A model generated the notes under the pieces. The model saw only the letters and a list, made by a program, of their open reading frames with translations. It made no database searches and had not been told where the DNA came from. Shown here piece by piece: positions 62,751-64,000 of a DNA stretch of 64,000 bases. Position 1 is the stretch's first letter. Each line of letters starts with the position of its first letter. This DNA comes from Thalia democratica (Eukaryota). Made by a program: the position numbers and the translations under genes. The DNA lies in NCBI GenBank assembly GCA_965202585.1, contig OZ241833.1:43772001-43836000 (forward strand), given 5' to 3'.

Positions 62751-64000
62751 TCATGCATATACAAAAAAAAACTTTCTTCATACCATGTAAAAAAAAAATT
62801 AGACAACATAATTATATCTATAACGTCATTTCGGACTTCATTAACCTCACAAAACGCTTTAGAGTACTTAAGCTTTTCAAGCGATGACTTCAAACTTATT
62901 TTGTATTAACCAAAAGTCGAGCACAGGTTTTGCTGTTCATATTTTATCAGACTGGTCATTATGTACCAATTGATCAGATAATAATAAGCTTTGAATAGCG
63001 AAGCCTACTGCTATGTTAATATGTTCTAAATAACCAATTATTCCACCAACCAACTTTTCAGTATTTTCAGTCACTTTAAAATCGTTTTAACTTTTTGAGT
63101 TATTGCTTGATGCTTCTACAGATTTTACTTCTTTCCACAGATTTGTTCTCAAACTGAATATCTGATTTACTAAAAATCGCAGATCAGAGTACGATAAACA
63201 TTCTTGAATTTCGTCGTAAATTATGCCGAAAGTCTGACATTTTACTTTAGTTTTATTAAAATTTTTCTTTCTATTTGTTTTTTTCCCCCTATGATCATTG
63301 AGCAAACTACGTAAGTTTTTGAACTGTTGCAGATTGAAATTTATATACTGACTAAGAATTTCTAAACTATGTAGACAAAATTAAAATTTAATCGGTCTTG
63401 TTCGCTTTAAATTTTGTTGAAGTTTTCATTTTGAACATTTTGATTATGTTCATCAACACTTTTGTTGTTTCTGATATCTCTTTGACGATCAGTAGCTTCT
63501 CTTGTATCTTTTTCAGTTGATTTTTTTGCCAATAGGGGTTCTTCTTTTGTTCCAGCAATCTTTTTATCTTCATGACTATTATGATTTTAGTAGTTTTATT
63601 TCGTTCTTTTGTTCTGGGCTTAACTAATTTTTCATTCACAAGAGATTTTTTCTCTTCTGGGCTGTCACCGTTACTTTTGTTATTGTTATTATTTTAAACC
63701 CCTGTGATCCTACAGTTGATCCATCAAAATTGACCATTTCATCCCCAGTTTTGTGTGAATGTTGCTTCGGCATCAAGCAGTTGTTGACAATATCTAAAGT
63801 CTGAACCTCTTCGCAGCCAAAATTTATTGATTCTTCTGCCAGTTTAGGTCTTTTTTTTTTGTTCAAAAACCATTTTTGTCTTCACGAATTTCATGAGATT
63901 TATTAGCTTTACTTTGCTCTTTTATTCTTGATTAATCTGGGTTCTTTATAACAGAATGTTTATTGTTCGACATTTCATTTTGAACAACATGGTTTACTTT
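62751..64000 (-). pseudogene. Membrane-anchored family pseudogene (A10, subtype B, long form), 5' end beyond the window
   Basis: The minus-strand fragments KKRPKLAEESINF, CQTFGIIYDEIQECLSYSDLRFLVNQIFSLRTNLWKEVKSVEASSNN and KSSLEKLKYSKAF are separated by stops and frameshifts. Confidence 0.85.

Noticed and set aside
1-64000. Alternative genetic code (TAA/TAG read as Gln) explaining the broken family copies
   Set aside because: Intact ORFs end at TAA, TAG and TGA, and the broken copies also have frameshifts, lost ATGs and TE insertions.
1-64000. Giant-virus or prophage origin for the whole window because the genes are intronless
   Set aside because: Gene density is very low, eukaryotic transposons are abundant, splice acceptors are conserved, and there are no viral hallmark genes.

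Overview
This is very AT-rich eukaryotic genomic DNA in the standard genetic code. It is probably from an invertebrate animal, judged only from its hAT, Mutator, Kolobok-like and Penelope-like transposon remnants; the species cannot be determined. There are three coding entities. (1) An intronless 654-aa PARP-family gene with two tandem ADP-ribosyltransferase-like domains (3561-5525, minus). (2) About 11 intact, broken or partial copies of an unrecognised intronless gene family with an N-terminal membrane anchor, polar repeat module(s) and a roughly 200-aa helical C-terminal domain. The cluster was spread by direct and inverted segmental duplications and damaged by nested transposons; only 36143-38023 and 58238-59566 are intact. 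(3) A GC-rich island (about 23970-27880, minus) with an Ariadne (RBR E3 ligase)-derived reading frame that lacks both RING domains. It carries exactly 32 near-perfect 99-bp (33-aa) repeats derived from the IBR tail, and its 5' end is joined directly to the middle of a decayed hAT transposase. No rRNA, tRNA or CRISPR array was recognised. All alignments were done by eye, so boundaries of degenerate features are approximate.
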